The position numbers were made by a program, and so were the translations under genes. Of a DNA stretch of 64,000 bases, positions 41,910-57,082 are shown in pieces (position 1 is the stretch's first letter; every line of letters starts with the position of its first letter). The stretch spans positions 266,724,001 through 266,788,000 of the forward strand of contig OZ024741.1 in assembly GCA_964016885.1 (NCBI GenBank), read 5' to 3'. Below the pieces are notes generated by a model. It was not told the origin of the DNA, searched no databases, and saw only the letters and a program-made list of their open reading frames with translations. The stretch comes from Eledone cirrhosa. Its lineage: Eukaryota.

Positions 41910-42399
41910 ATCTTAACTATAATAAAGTAAGGAGTGCGGGATTGCGTCCAGAATATATTTTTTTTAATCCCATTTGTAAAATAAGTTCGATTACTTTGAA
42001 AAAATAATGAATGAATATTACATAATTTATCTACAAAATTTCGTTATTCTTGATTAAATATAAATAATTTTGTTGTTTATTTTAAGATTCACTTCTTTAA
42101 AATTTTCAAATGACAACACTTCCGGTTAGCGGTCGCTTAAATAAACATTCATATATTTCCGTCACTAATTTTCTTCTAATGCAGTTTATATATAATATCG
42201 TCTTTTTGTTAATGTATCATGGATTACTTTACTGATTACATAAGATAGTGTAACGCAGTCTTCTTTAATTTCTGTGTATATTGTCAAATACGATTTATTT
42301 GATGTATCATATCTACATGTATATATACCTGCGTATAATATCAATATGCACACTACACAGGCTAGCAGAAACCCACCCGAAGGGAGGTTTTTCTGCTAG
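41910..42399 (+). mobile_element. Non-autonomous Helitron-like element (copy at 52012-52445 on -)
   Basis: Collinear with 52012-52445 in reverse complement. 3' hairpin plus CTAG|T. Confidence 0.6.
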
Positions 42400-43232
42400 T
42401 TTATTTAATAGATTAAACCTGCCTGGAGCAACGTGGCTACTATGACTGCTCCATGCATGCATATTTCCACTTAGACCAGTTAGACCGTTCATTATATTGG
42501 GGGGGGCGGTGAGATGATGATGATGATGATTGCAATGTGGATGATAGTGGTTATATTGGAGGAGGTGGTGGCGGTGGTGGTGGAGGTGTTGGTGGTGGTG
42601 GTGGTGGCGGCGGTGTTGGTGGTGGTGGTAGTGGTGGCGGCGGTGTTGGTGGTGGTGGTGTTGGTGGTGTTGTTGTTAGTGGTGTTGTTAGTGGTTTCGT
42701 TTTTATATTTGAAGAGAGGGTTATAACCCTGAAATATTATGTTGAAATATACGTGGTAAAAACATTACTTTGTTTTGTTTTATTTGTCATCCTTTGCCCT
42801 TTATTTGACGTGTTTTCTGAAATTTATCAGTCATATATATATATAAACAAAATAAAACTGTAGATAGATTTACTTTTGAAATAATTACCACTGTTGGACT
42901 CCTGGATTAGCCAGAAACACTCTATATAATACTATGGTAGAAAACATTTGGCGCAGGGCCCCCAGGAAATGTGGGGTCCTAGAAATTTTCTACTTTTGTT
43001 TGTAGGTTAATCCAACAAAAGTCTGTGGAAGACGTCTACAGTTGTAAAGATTCTGCTGGTATGTTTGTCTATCTGTCTGTTTGTCTCCTTGTTTCGCAAG
43101 TGTAAGTCGCCGTCTACATGGTCATTGATGAGTACATGATGTTAAAATATATCTTATTTCTCTTACTTTTGTGTTCCCGTTTTGAACCAATGAATGAAGC
43201 GTCGTCCTGTGCCATTGTGTGTGTGAGAGAGT

Positions 43233-43263
<31 letters not shown>

Positions 43264-43417
43264 GGAGAGAGAGAGAGAATGTGGAAACCCTTTGAAGGAA
43301 GATAGCAAGAAATAAAGGAAGTGGTGGTGGTGGTGGTGGTGGTGGTGGTGGTAATGGTGGTGACGGTGGGAGAAAAGGGTGGATGTAAAGAAAATTAAAC
43401 TAAAAAAGTAAGAGATA

Positions 43418-43454
<37 letters not shown>

Positions 43455-43542
43455 CTCTCTCTTTCTCTCTCTCACCCTCTCTCTCTCACTTTCTCCCTCT
43501 CTCTCGCTCACCCTCTCTCTCTGTGCAGCTAGATAGATGCCC

Positions 43543-43800
43543 ATGAAGACGCGTGGCTTAGTGGTTAGAGTGTTCGGCTCACGATCATAAAGCCGTGCGT
43601 TCGATACCCGGCTGCGCGTTGTGTCCTTAAACAGGACACTATATTCCACTTCGCTGGCAAAAAGGTGATTCAGGGTATTATCGCGCTGAATCTCCCTGAG
43701 AATTACTTTAAGGGTATAGAATGCTCGGCCACTTCCCGTTAATCTCTCGAGCAGGCAATTCTGTTGTTTTTAACAGCTGGAACACTCATCGTCGGAACCG
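43543..43800 (+). mobile_element. SINE family B-related copy
   Basis: tggcttagtggttagag A box, gttcgatacc B box, gtgtccttaaacaggacact. Confidence 0.75.
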
Positions 43801-43837
43801 ACGGAGGTCCCTCCTCCCATTATAACTACTATTTTCC

Positions 43838-44355
43838 ACACCACCTCCACCATCATCATTATTATCATCACCACCACCACCATCATCCTCACCACCACCA
43901 CCACCACCACCACCACCATCATCCTCACCACCACTATCACAACCACCACCACCATCACCACCACCACCATCACTACTACCATCACCACCATCACCACCAC
44001 CACCATCACCACCATCATGATCATCACCATCTCTACCATCATCCTCACCACCACCACCACCACCACCATCATCCTCACCACCACCACCACCACCACCATC
44101 ATCCTCACCACCACCACCACCACCACCATCATCCTCACCACCACCAACACCACCACCACCATCACCACCACCACCATCATCATCATCCTCACCACCACCA
44201 CCACCATCACCACCATCACAACAATCCTCACCACCACCACCACCACCATCCTCACCACCACCACCACCACCACCATCATCCTCACCACCACCACCATCAT
44301 CATCCTCACCACCACCACCAACACCACCACCACCATCACCACCACCACCACCACC

Positions 44356-44389
<34 letters not shown>

Positions 44390-44420
44390 TCATCATTACC
44401 TCCAGTACCATCATTATTAT
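43838..44420. repeat. (CAC/CAT)n trinucleotide tract
   Basis: Direct reading. A second degenerate (CAC/CAA)n tract lies at 44800-45450. Confidence 0.95.
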
Positions 44421-44421
44421 T

Positions 44422-44608
44422 TGGATTGGTAGTGTCGGTAGAGGCTCTGACGCCATGCTTTGACGCATAGAGTTACGGCCCTTTCCATTCTGAGTTCAAA
44501 TCCCGCCGAGGTTAACTTTACCTTTCACCTTTACGGGGTCGATAAAATAAAGTACCAGTAATACACTGGGTAATTGCTGGCCTTGTGCCAAAAGTAGAAA
44601 CAATTATT
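44422..44608 (+). mobile_element. SINE family A
   Basis: tggattggtagtgtcggtag A box, gagttcaaatcc B box, core and gaaacaattatt tail. Confidence 0.88.
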
Positions 44609-45774
44609 ATTATCACCACACAACTCTATATAACCACTATCATCCACACCCATCATCATCATCAACATCATCATTATTATCCACACCACTCTCGTTCTAA
44701 TCTCTACCTATCACCCACACCCGCTCTATATATAGATAGAGAAGCATCCCCACCATCACCACACCCCTCCAATATAACCATTATTATTCACACCCATATC
44801 ATCACCACCACCAACACCACCACATAAAACAACGACACCACCAACACCAACGCCAATAACACCACCAACACCACCACCACAACCACCACCATCAACAACA
44901 ACACCACCACCATCAACAACAACACCACCACATCAAACAACAACACCACCAATAACACCAGCACCACCAGCACCAACACCAACACCACCACCAATAACAC
45001 CACCACAATAACACCACCACAACCACCACCATCAACAACGACACCACCACATAAAAAAACGACACCACCAACACCACTACCATTAACACCACCAATAACA
45101 CCACCACCACCACCAACAACAACAACACCACCACCACCATCAACACCACTAACAACACCACCACCACCAACACCACAAACAACACCGCCGCCAACACCAC
45201 CATCACCACGAACACCACTACCACCACCACCACGAACACCACCACCACCATCACCACCAACACCACCACCACCATCACCACCAACACCACTACCAACACC
45301 ACCACGAACACCACTACCAACACCAACACCACCAACACCGCCAACACCACCAACACCGCCACTACCACCACCACCACCACCAACAACAACAACACTACCA
45401 CCAACACCGCCACCACCACCACCACCACTGCCACCACCTCCACCTCCTCCAATATAACCACTATCATCCACATTGCAATCATCATCATCATCTCACCCCC
45501 CCTCCAAATATAACTCCTGTCCCTTGCATCACCATCCCCGGCCCCACCCAGCTATAACCGCTGTCCCCTACACCTACGTCATCTCCAACACCACCACTAT
45601 CTCATCCCAGCTCCCTATTACACATCACAACATGACATCCCAATAAATGACACCCCACCCCACCACCCCTTCCTAACCACCCAAGCCAACCAACCGGCCC
45701 ATCTACATTTATTATAACCACATGTTCAGACGAACATGTCACCACCAACCCACATATATATATCCATATATATG

Positions 45775-45817
<43 letters not shown>

Positions 45818-45828
45818 CCATATATATG

Positions 45829-45862
<34 letters not shown>

Positions 45863-45880
45863 TAAATACATATACACATG

Positions 45881-45911
<31 letters not shown>

Positions 45912-45912
45912 A

Positions 45913-45973
<61 letters not shown>

Positions 45974-46008
45974 GTATATATATATATATGTATATATATA
46001 TGTATATA

Positions 46009-46084
<76 letters not shown>

Positions 46085-46091
46085 GATATAG

Positions 46092-46122
<31 letters not shown>

Positions 46123-46124
46123 TG

Positions 46125-46203
<79 letters not shown>

Positions 46204-46223
46204 GTATATATATGTATATATAT

Positions 46224-46283
<60 letters not shown>

Positions 46284-46292
46284 GTGTATATG

Positions 46293-46330
<38 letters not shown>

Positions 46331-46402
46331 TATGTGTATATATCATATATATATATATATACATATATATATACATATATATATACATATATACATATAT
46401 AT

Positions 46403-46453
<51 letters not shown>

Positions 46454-46722
46454 TACATACATATACACACACATATATGCGTGTGTGTGTGTGTGTATAA
46501 CAATTGGTATATTTATATAATCAAAGAAGGGGCGCTTAACGTTCCAGTAACAATAAAATAGTAAATAAATACCAAAGTTGCACACAAAACGAAATACGCC
46601 GGATTGCAAACAAAAAGCATCTAACTTCCTCACCAGCCAATATCCAGGTGATGCAATTTTGTGCATAAGATTAGTATTGCACAGTATTTGGACCAGGCTG
46701 CACAACGACTGAGAGAGGGAGA

Positions 46723-46787
<65 letters not shown>

Positions 46788-48146
46788 TGAGAGAGAGAGA
46801 AAGAGAGAGAGGGTGTAATGGCAAAGTCGTTAGTTAGTACATCGGATAGAATACTTTGTGGTATTCGTTTCGGCTCTCTGTTCTCTCAGTTCAAATCCTG
46901 CCGAGGTCAATTTTGCCTTTCACCCTTTCAAGGGAGATAAAAAGAAGTACCAGTCAAGTACTGGGGTCGATTCTTCCTCCATATCTCTTTCTTACTTCCA
47001 TTCTCTCACTCTCTCTGCCCTCCTCTGGAAGAAATCTGCTGTGTTCAGACCTGGAGAGAGATGGGTTCCGTCAGGTTTTAAATGCCCAAGAAACACCGTA
47101 TGTCAGTTTGATGCCCCCTGCGTCTCCCCCGGATGTTACGGAACCATGCATGCATTTGTGTGTGTGTCTGTGTGTGTACATAACATATACTGTAAAGAAA
47201 CATGGTAGTGGGGGTTCAGTCTTTTTCTACGATGACTTTTCCAGTTGTTCGATTAACTGGCCAGCCTGTTCGTGAAATTAACATGCAAGTAAGTGATTGA
47301 GCATCCGATAAAAAAGTGTAACTAACTCTTAACACAATCCCCGCGGAGATTGTGTGTGCCAAAGTGTGCGATAAAAACAGTCCATCTGACAAGCTCCCCC
47401 CAAATTACCGTCTACCCAATTTCACTGACAAGGTGGAACCGAAGTTATGGTAAATGACATACTTACCCGAGATGTGACTAGTGAGATTGAACCCTGATCC
47501 TTGTGAATGCGAAGAGAACTCCTTAACCACTGAGCTACTCTCGGATCCCAAATCATAGGGGAGTGGGTTGGAATAAGCGAGTGGGGTTTGGAATAAGTGT
47601 GTGAGTTGAAATAAGCGGTGGAGGCGGCTTTGGAAAATCGGTAATTTTTCTAGTTTGCCACAGTCTGACCACAGAACCCAGTGGAGAAGCAGTACTCCAG
47701 CATGGCCACAATCTAACGACAGACACCAGCAAGAGAGTAGTGGGGGTCGATATGATCGGCTAAAACTCCTCCATGGCGGTGCCTCACTATAGCCGCCGTC
47801 AGATGACTGATGTCAGTAAAAGAGCGTGGTGCCCCAGCATGGCCGCTGTCTAATGCCTGAAGCCAAGTAACAGAATATAGAAATAAACAAGGCAATTATT
47901 GAATGAGATAAATAAATAAATGGCAGAATGTGAGAGGAAAGGGAAAGACTTGAAAGTCTTCTCACAGACTTCTAAGAACGTGGATACACACACATATACA
48001 CACACATATATATATATGTGTGTATGTATGTATATATGTATGTATATATATATATGTATGTATGTATGTTTATATATATATATGTATATATATATATATG
48101 TATATGTATATATATGTATGTATATATATATATATGTATATGTATA

Positions 48147-48196
<50 letters not shown>

Positions 48197-48366
48197 TACA
48201 TATATATATGTGTGTGTGTATATATATGTATACATATATATATATATGTATATATATGTATACATACACACACATATATATATAAATATATATCTATATA
48301 TATGTACACACACACATATATATATATACATATATATATACACACACACATATATATATATATATA

Positions 48367-48419
<53 letters not shown>

Positions 48420-48445
48420 ATATATATATATATGTGTGTGTATAT

Positions 48446-48535
<90 letters not shown>

Positions 48536-48558
48536 ATATATATATATATATGTGTGTG

Positions 48559-48612
<54 letters not shown>

Positions 48613-48788
48613 GTGATCTATATTCTTCAGTTACACCATTACCTAATTCTTGAGGGATATATTTCCACTCTAGTTGAAGTATTTACACACAAGCTGACAT
48701 ACACAATCATTGCCTTAGTCTTTCTTTCTATCTTTCGTTCTTGGAATATGTATACATATATATATAGATGCGCGCATGTGTGTGTTGA

Positions 48789-48892
<104 letters not shown>

Positions 48893-49393
48893 TTCGGCTC
48901 TGTTTAATTACATTGAGCTATACTTTTACTGTCATTTCTATAATACGAAGAGGGTGTGTAACTCCAACACACTCTAGTATTTTAATTCTTATATATATAT
49001 GACGATGTTGCAGATGTGCAACGAAAGATTTATGTAAATTATGTAAACTATATATATGTGTTTATGTCTATATTGTATCTGTATTATTTTTGACCGTCGG
49101 TCAGTCAATGGCAACATTGAGGACCGAGTAAGTTAGATCGCAGATATAAAAGACAGCGAGAAGCGAAAACCAACCAAACAGTGAGTGTGTTCTGTTATTA
49201 ATTCTGGCAATATTACACAAATATGATCCTCCCCAAGTATAACAATATATATATATATATATATATACATATATATAATTGGTGTGGGATGCTTTAAGCG
49301 GTAGGCCGTTTGAGCATTCGATGCTGTTACACAGCAGAGTATAATATCCCATAAGAAACGGAGAATCAGGGGTGCGACGAATAAGATTTATTA

Positions 49394-49488
49394 GACATAT
49401 TACAATCGTTTCTCTGGCGACCAGCTCGAGGCACGATCGATGTAATGATCGAACCTGACTCTGAAATCGCAAGGTCGTCAGATACGTC
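49394..49488 (-). ncRNA. Type I hammerhead with extended helix II
   Basis: gacgtat CTGACGA ccttgcga...tcgccaga GAAAC gatt GTA atatgtc. Confidence 0.78.
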
Positions 49489-50080
49489 TCGATTCTACGA
49501 AGCAGAGTTTCCAAATCTCCAGTTACACCCGCGGCCCTCACTCGGCAGCTTAGATCCTGTTGTCCTTCTATGAGTGGTCAAGTATTGTACACGTCATCAG
49601 TATTTTTGGCCACTCAAGGCCGTCCTATATTTGGTTCCTTTCATTCACCACCTGTCAATCAAAGTTGTTTCTTAACTCGGAATTACTACTGTGGGAGGTA
49701 AGGGGTTGTATGATTGAACCGCTCGCGCCCTGTCGCCGCCCTCTCAACCTGTAGTCGCCCTCACCCATGTCCATGTTTCGCGCAGGCGTGATACATACGG
49801 ACACTTATACACCCACAGCGATCACGTACACACCCGCAACTGTATTACATGCGACAATCACAGTAGATATTGAATGTGCAGCGAATACTTATAAAGAATC
49901 TTTTGAAAAATGGAAAAACATTTAACAAAACATTTCAGGAAAACATACCCTCAAAATACCTTAAAACACACATTTCAAAAAGAAAAACCCTGTAAAAAGA
50001 ACGTTTTTAAAAGAATGGTTGAAATAGCCTTTTAAAAAAGTTAATTCAAAGGTATTTTTGATAAATATACACATCCACAC

Positions 50081-50112
<32 letters not shown>

Positions 50113-50599
50113 TGTACTCGGGAAAGCATATATAGTTAAGACGCTGCACATATATACAGGTGAACAAACGGAAGATCTACACATACACATGCATATATTT
50201 ACACAGACATGTTCATACATGTACATCCACCCAGACATGTATACACATGCATGTATGCATATGTGCGTGGACACACATACATGTACCCGCGCATGGTCAT
50301 GCTAATAGATCTCAAAAAAAGCACATACTAGATGAATACCTACATATCCACACACACACGCAACTGTGCACACGGCGCATAAAATATTACATGAGACAAC
50401 ATTCTTGAGGCTTGAACCCAACCCATTCATGTGGCAATATAAGCCTGAAGGTGTATGCACAATATGCATAAATGTAAAAGCTACGTAGTAGCCATGACAT
50501 AACCACAGATAACATGGGTGGCACCTATATATAACCTGTGTAGTGTGCATATTGATATTATACGCAAGTATATATACATGTAGAGATGATACATCAAAT

Positions 50600-50765
50600 A
50601 AGGAAGGAAGTGTGGTAAGGAACCAGGCGGACCATAACGCACCAGAGTACTCGATACTTAGGGTAGTAGGGTGGGTAATAGGAAAAGAGTCAGGACCCCG
50701 ACGGCTGAGCTCCGGCCGTTTCGACATCCGGCTTTCAGACCTAGCTGTCGAAACGGCCGGAGCTC
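50600..50765 (-). mobile_element. Family H1 copy with fold-back 5' end
   Basis: Minus strand: gagctccggccgtttc-gaca...tgtc-GAAACggccggagctcagccGTC|ggggtcc. Confidence 0.85.
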
Positions 50766-50833
50766 AATAAGGGGCTTTATTTCAAGTTCTGACAATTGTT
50801 TCATTGATCAGGTGAGTCTAGAGGTCGCTAATC

Positions 50834-50944
50834 GTACTCTGATGTGTTGATCAGAGGTAAATAATGTATTGGAGATCGAGTGACGCAACTTCAAGCGATT
50901 ACCGTCCTCTAGACTCACCTGATCAATGAAACAATTGTCAGTAC
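50834..50944 (+). ncRNA. Hammerhead with long helix II insertion and mutated core (CTGATGT)
   Basis: gtact CTGATGT g ttgatcag...ctgatcaa t GAAAC aatt GTC agtac. A partial inverted copy lies at 50769-50833. Confidence 0.7.
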
Positions 50945-50993
50945 TTGAAATAAAGCCCCTTTTGTACTGCCAACCATGTTACTCTTCATTCTT

Positions 50994-51082
<89 letters not shown>

Positions 51083-51091
51083 ATAAATATC

Positions 51092-51137
<46 letters not shown>

Positions 51138-51163
51138 TGCACACACACACACACACACACACG

Positions 51164-51200
<37 letters not shown>

Positions 51201-51317
51201 TAGAATTGGCGCTCTGAAATACACTATATATGAATGAATGTATATACAGTGTATTTTGCAATACACTGTATGCTTAATTAAAAGCATTTCTATATATATA
51301 TAGCATATATATATATA

Positions 51318-51440
<123 letters not shown>

Positions 51441-51552
51441 TATATATATATAGAAATGCTTTTAATTATATATATGTGTGTATATGTATATATATGTATA
51501 TGTATATATATGTATATATATATATGTATATATATGTATATATATATGTATA

Positions 51553-51637
<85 letters not shown>

Positions 51638-51638
51638 G

Positions 51639-51695
<57 letters not shown>

Positions 51696-51766
51696 GTATA
51701 TATATATATGTATATATATATATGTATATGTGTGTATATATATATGTATATGTGTGTATATATATA

Positions 51767-51829
<63 letters not shown>

Positions 51830-51833
<4 letters not shown>

Positions 51834-52004
51834 CGGCTGAACTCCGGCCGTTTCAACAGCTATGTCTGAACGCCGGATGTCGAAACGGCCGGAGTTCAGC
51901 CGTCGGGGTCCTGACTCTGTTCCTATTACCCACTCTACTACCCTAAGTATCGAGTACTCTGGTGCGTTATCGTCCGCCTGGTTCCTTACCACACTTCCTT
52001 CGTT
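51830..52004 (+). mobile_element. Family H1 copy with fold-back 5' end
   Basis: gacggctgaactccggccgtttc...tgtc-GAAACggccggagttcagccGTC|ggggtcc...cttcgt-(TA)n. Confidence 0.85.
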
Positions 52005-52548
52005 ATATATACTAGCAGAAAAACCACCCCTGCGGGTGGTTTTTCTGCCTGCTTGTGTAGTGTGTATATTGATATTATACGCAAGTATATATACATGTAA
52101 ATATGATACGTCAAATAAAATCGTAATTGACAATATACACAGAAGTTGAACGAAGACTGCGTTACACTGTCTTATGTAATCAGTAACGTAATCCATTGAG
52201 GGATATATATGACTGTTTATTTAAGGTATCGCTAACCGGAAGTGTTGACATTTGAAAATTTTAAAGAAGTGAATCTTAAAATAAGCGACAAAATTATTTA
52301 TATTTAATCAAGTATAACGAAATTTAGTAGATAAATTATGTAATATTCATTCATTATTTATTCAAAGTAATCCAACTTATTTTACAAACGGGATAAAAAC
52401 AAAATTCTGGACGCTGTCCCGCACTCCTCCCTTTATTATAGTTTAGATATATGTAACACAAGAGCAAGAGGGGCCCATTGAGGGGCCCATTCTGCTGACG
52501 TGGCTTTAAAAATGAGGTTTGTTTGCATAATTGCAAACGAATCGAATA

Positions 52549-52705
52549 TTGGATTGGCAATATCGGTAGATATCGGTAGAGTTACGGCCCTTTGCCATTC
52601 TGAGTTCAAATCCCGCCGAGATTAACTGTGCCTTTTCCTTACGAGGTCGATAAAATAAAGTACCAGTAATGCACTGGCCTTGTGCCAAAAGTAGAAACAA
52701 TTATT
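52549..52705 (+). mobile_element. SINE family A
   Basis: A box, B box and core present, with an internal deletion. Confidence 0.82.
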
Positions 52706-52755
52706 AATATTCGAAAAACTCAGATTACATTTATTGTATTCAGCCATGTAGACCG

Positions 52756-52850
<95 letters not shown>

Positions 52851-53295
52851 GAGCCAAAAAAAACAAGTCAAGCTAAACAGGTCAGACAAAATAAATGACA
52901 TATTCATATATATATATGTAGGAGGTGAGTTTTATTGTAGCACAATAAAGCAATGCATAAACCTCATTAACTTTTAATTTCAAATTCTTTTAAATTATAT
53001 ATTATCTTCCAACGGCTTTTTAACTTCTCTCTGTGAGACAATATATATTTTTTTTCTCAGTTGTAAAAGCTATCTCTCTCTCTCTCTATCACCCATCTCT
53101 CCTCCCCTCTCATCCTTCCTTCTTATACTCCTCCGCCACCATTCTTTACTCTCATCTCCTCCTCTTCCTTACCTTTTCCACCCCACCCCCCTCACTTTTT
53201 CCCAATCTCATACATCAATCTTAAATTATTTTTCATATGTTGATTTAAAACTTCACTATTCACAAGTGTTTTTTAAGCTTCATATCATGTATCGC

Positions 53296-53366
53296 TATTT
53301 TATCTGATGAGAACGCAGATATCATCCCATGATGATATTTGTTTTTGAAATGCGCATAATAAAATA
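53296..53366 (+). ncRNA. Type I hammerhead ribozyme
   Basis: tattttat CTGATGA gaac gcagatatcatc-ccat-gatgatatttgt tttt GAAAT gcgc ATA ataaaata, with a perfect 8-bp helix I. Confidence 0.85.
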
Positions 53367-53396
53367 CTTGGAACTCTTTTAACCATCTTTTGATCT

Positions 53397-53447
<51 letters not shown>

Positions 53448-53597
53448 ACAAACCTGGACCCTTGGAATTGATGGTAAAATGCAATACAGGGTTTCTGTGA
53501 CACCTAAATCAATAATACTGTCTGCTTAAAACAATAAGCTGTTGGTATAATGATGGAACGAGGAATATCACGTTATCAACAGGTATTTTGTTCTGCG

Positions 53598-53635
<38 letters not shown>

Positions 53636-53854
53636 TATACATATATATAATTCTTTTATTCTGTTACTGGTTTCAGTAATAAGACTGTGGCCCTGTTGGG
53701 GCATCACCTTCATTTTTAATCATTCATATTGATTCCAGTAGATCTCTTTCTGGTCTTCTACTTATTTTATTAATTTCATTTTTATCCAACCGCTAAGTTA
53801 CTGGATATACATACGCACATGTGTATATGTATATTTGTGTGTGTGTGTGTGTAT

Positions 53855-53913
<59 letters not shown>

Positions 53914-53934
53914 ACAATATATTAATATATATAT

Positions 53935-54255
53935 ATATACAATATATTAATAAATGGAAACTATATTTATAAAACCATAATTATTTTATTATATATATTT
54001 CAAGGTCGACCAAGGTAAATTATGGTGCGCTTTCATCAGATAAAATACAGGTTTGTTTTATAAATAAATATTGAGATACCCGGAAAAAAGACAACCTTAA
54101 CGGTTGAAATTCGCTGGATATTTATTTATAAAACAAATCTGTATTTTATCTGATGAAAGCGCACCATAATTTACCTTGGTCGCCCTTGAAATATATATAA
54201 TAAAATAATTATGGTTTTATAAATATAGTTTCCATTTATTAATATATTGTATATT
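53935..54255. repeat. Inverted repeat carrying two opposed hammerheads (53982-54047 on -, 54142-54207 on +)
   Basis: Plus copy: tattttat CTGATGA aagcgcacca...tggtcgccctt GAAAT atat ATA ataaaata. Arms about 53935-54080 and 54115-54255. Confidence 0.88.
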
Positions 54256-54542
54256 TACTCCACTAACTTGTTGAGTGCTTTATATCAGTTATAAAAATGT
54301 TTAAGCTTGTTGAATTCCAACAAATTAAATATAATCTCTGCATATATATATATAATAAATAAATTATTGTCGGCTATTAAATGATTTGAACACAACTTTG
54401 ATAATTGTATAATATATTTATTTTCCTGCTCTGTAAAACAACTGATGTTCATACATTGAGCTATTTCTCTTACTGGTAATAAGGTAATAGGAAATTACTG
54501 ACCTTCCTGTTTATAGTTGTTTATACTATATACATAACTATA

Positions 54543-54722
54543 TGGATTGGCAGTATCGGTAGAGGGTCGGACGCCATGCTTTCCAGCATAGTTACGTCCC
54601 TTTACGATCTGAGTTCAAATCCCGCCGAGGTTGATTTTGCCTTTTATCCTTACGGGGTCGATAAAATAAAGTACCAGTAATGCACTGGAATAATTGCTGG
54701 CCTTGTGCCTAAAGTAGAAACA

Positions 54723-54765
<43 letters not shown>

Positions 54766-54956
54766 GGGCGGTGTATTGGCAGTATCGGTAGAGGGTCGGA
54801 CGCCATGCTTTGACGCATGGAGTTACGGCCCTTGCCATTCTGAGTTCAAATCCCGCCGAGGTTGACTTTGCCTTTCATCCTTACGGGGTCGATAAAATAA
54901 AGTACCAGTAATGCACTGGATAATTGCTGGCCTTGCGCCAAAAGTAAAAACAATTA
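54543..54956 (+). mobile_element. Two tandem SINE family A copies (54543-54760 with (ATT)n tail; 54766-54956)
   Basis: gggcggtg(g/t)attggcagtatcggtag...gagttcaaatcccgccgagg...gtcgataaaataaagtaccag...gaaacaatt. Confidence 0.92.
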
Positions 54957-54985
54957 TATATATATATATACATATACATATATGC

Positions 54986-55041
<56 letters not shown>

Positions 55042-55460
55042 GTATATATATATGTGTATATATATATGTATATATATAGGTATACACACACACACAAATA
55101 TATATATATATATATGAATGAAACTGGGAACGTTTACACATTCATACACATATATATATGGGAGTGTTTATGTGTGTGTGGGTGGATGGGTGTGTATATG
55201 TATGGATAAATACACATATATGTAATATGTGTGTATGTATAATGTGTATAAAAGTACAAACAATGAATGTATATATGTATGTATGTATAATGTGTATATT
55301 TATGTGTATATGCAAATATATATATATATGTGTGTGTGTGCAATGTGTGTATTTATGTGTATATACACATAAATATACACATCATACATACATATATATA
55401 TATGTATGTATGTGTAATGTATGTATTTATGTGTATATACATACATATTTATGTGTATAT

Positions 55461-55524
<64 letters not shown>

Positions 55525-55530
55525 ATATTA

Positions 55531-55603
<73 letters not shown>

Positions 55604-55852
55604 TAAATATGTTGCAGTTTCCTCCCCCCATTCTCAGTGTGTAAGGCGTCATTAAAAATTATCAGTTGTTTCCGGTGGGAAGCAAAGTGGTGTGGTGGTG
55701 GGAGATGTTTATTAGGACTCCCTCGAGAGAAAGGTTTCCCTGTAAAAGATACCCTTATCTCTTAGTCACTATCCGACCCCTCAATACACACACTCACATA
55801 TATATATAGAAACGGTCATGCTCATATAAACACATACATATATTTACATATA

Positions 55853-55899
<47 letters not shown>

Positions 55900-55900
<1 letters not shown>

Positions 55901-56383
55901 ATTGTTTCTACTTTAGGCACAAGGCCAGCAAATTACCCAGTGCATTACTGGTACTTTATTTTATCGACCCCGTAAGGATGAAAGGCAAAGTCAACCTCGG
56001 CGGGATTTGAACTCAGATCGTAAAGGGACGTAACTATGCTGGAAAGCATGGCGTCCGACCCTCTACCTTACTGCCAATCCACCGCCCTTATATATATATA
56101 TATATAATGATATATATACACACACATACATCTTTAATTAAGTCTAAACATGCGTATCTATAAATTTAAAATAAATATACACGTATATTATATAGGGCGG
56201 TGGATTGGCAGTATCAGTAGACGGTCGGACGCCATGCTTTCCAACATAGTTACGTCCCTTTACGATCTGAGTTCAAATCCCGCCGAGGTTGACTTTGCCT
56301 TTCATCCTTACGGGGTCGATAAAATAAAGTACCAGTAATGTACTGGGTAAGTGCTGGCCTTGTGCCAAAATTAGAAACAATTA
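55900..56383. mobile_element. Head-to-head pair of full-length SINE family A copies (55900-56087 on -, 56184-56383 on +)
   Basis: Both start gggcggtggattggcagta and are highly similar. Confidence 0.92.
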
Positions 56384-56693
56384 TATATATATGTATATAT
56401 ATATATGACGATGATGATAGCTGCAACTCGATTTCGAGTAATGCTAAGCTTGAGTATCACGGACGTGGGTTTTTAAACCTGTTAGGAACTTGCCTATGGC
56501 TAGCAATATTATACGTCGCAAAAAATGTCACATATCAAGCGATGCCCGTGCTTGAAGCTTTTATAAGTGAAGAAAAGCTTTGAAAGGGGCCAATCCCACT
56601 CTCTGAACATTGAACCCAAAAAGCAGAACTGGTCTACATCATTGGATGCAAACAAAGTCGCAAGTTTTATATCAGAGTGACATTCTCCTAGAG

Positions 56694-57016
56694 TAGGGGT
56701 CCCCAATCCTCGGACAGCGGGTCACATCCGGCCCGCGAAGGCCTTTATCCTGCCCGCGAGGGTTCTAAAAAGGGTACAGTTTGCAATAAATTCGCTCCCG
56801 ATATATCGATATTGCCGAATAAAACAATGTTTAAATGTATTTGTTCTGCTTGGGACAGCTCTAAGTATCAATATTGAATTTTTTTTCAAATCTAACATAA
56901 GAGATAAATAAATGATTACTTATTTGTATTTAAGTAGTATTAATTGCGCATCCGGCCCGCGGAGCCACAGCTGCATAGCTATCCGGCCCGCGGACCCAAA
57001 ATGTTGGGGACCCCTG
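56694..57016. mobile_element. hAT (Charlie/Buster-type) MITE
   Basis: Terminal inverted repeats taggggtccccaa / ttggggacccctg. 8-bp target-site duplication tcctagag / tcttagag with central TA. Subterminal ccggcccgcg repeats. Confidence 0.88.
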
Positions 57017-57082
57017 TCTTAGAGAAATGTCTTAATGAAGACTAGGAGTCTCTCGCCCCATCCCCAAAAGTACATATATATA

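Noticed and set aside
49101-49541. 146-aa ORF as a gag-like protein
   Set aside because: The part shared with 15865-16004 is better explained as a hammerhead-containing repeat, and the ORF runs into microsatellite.
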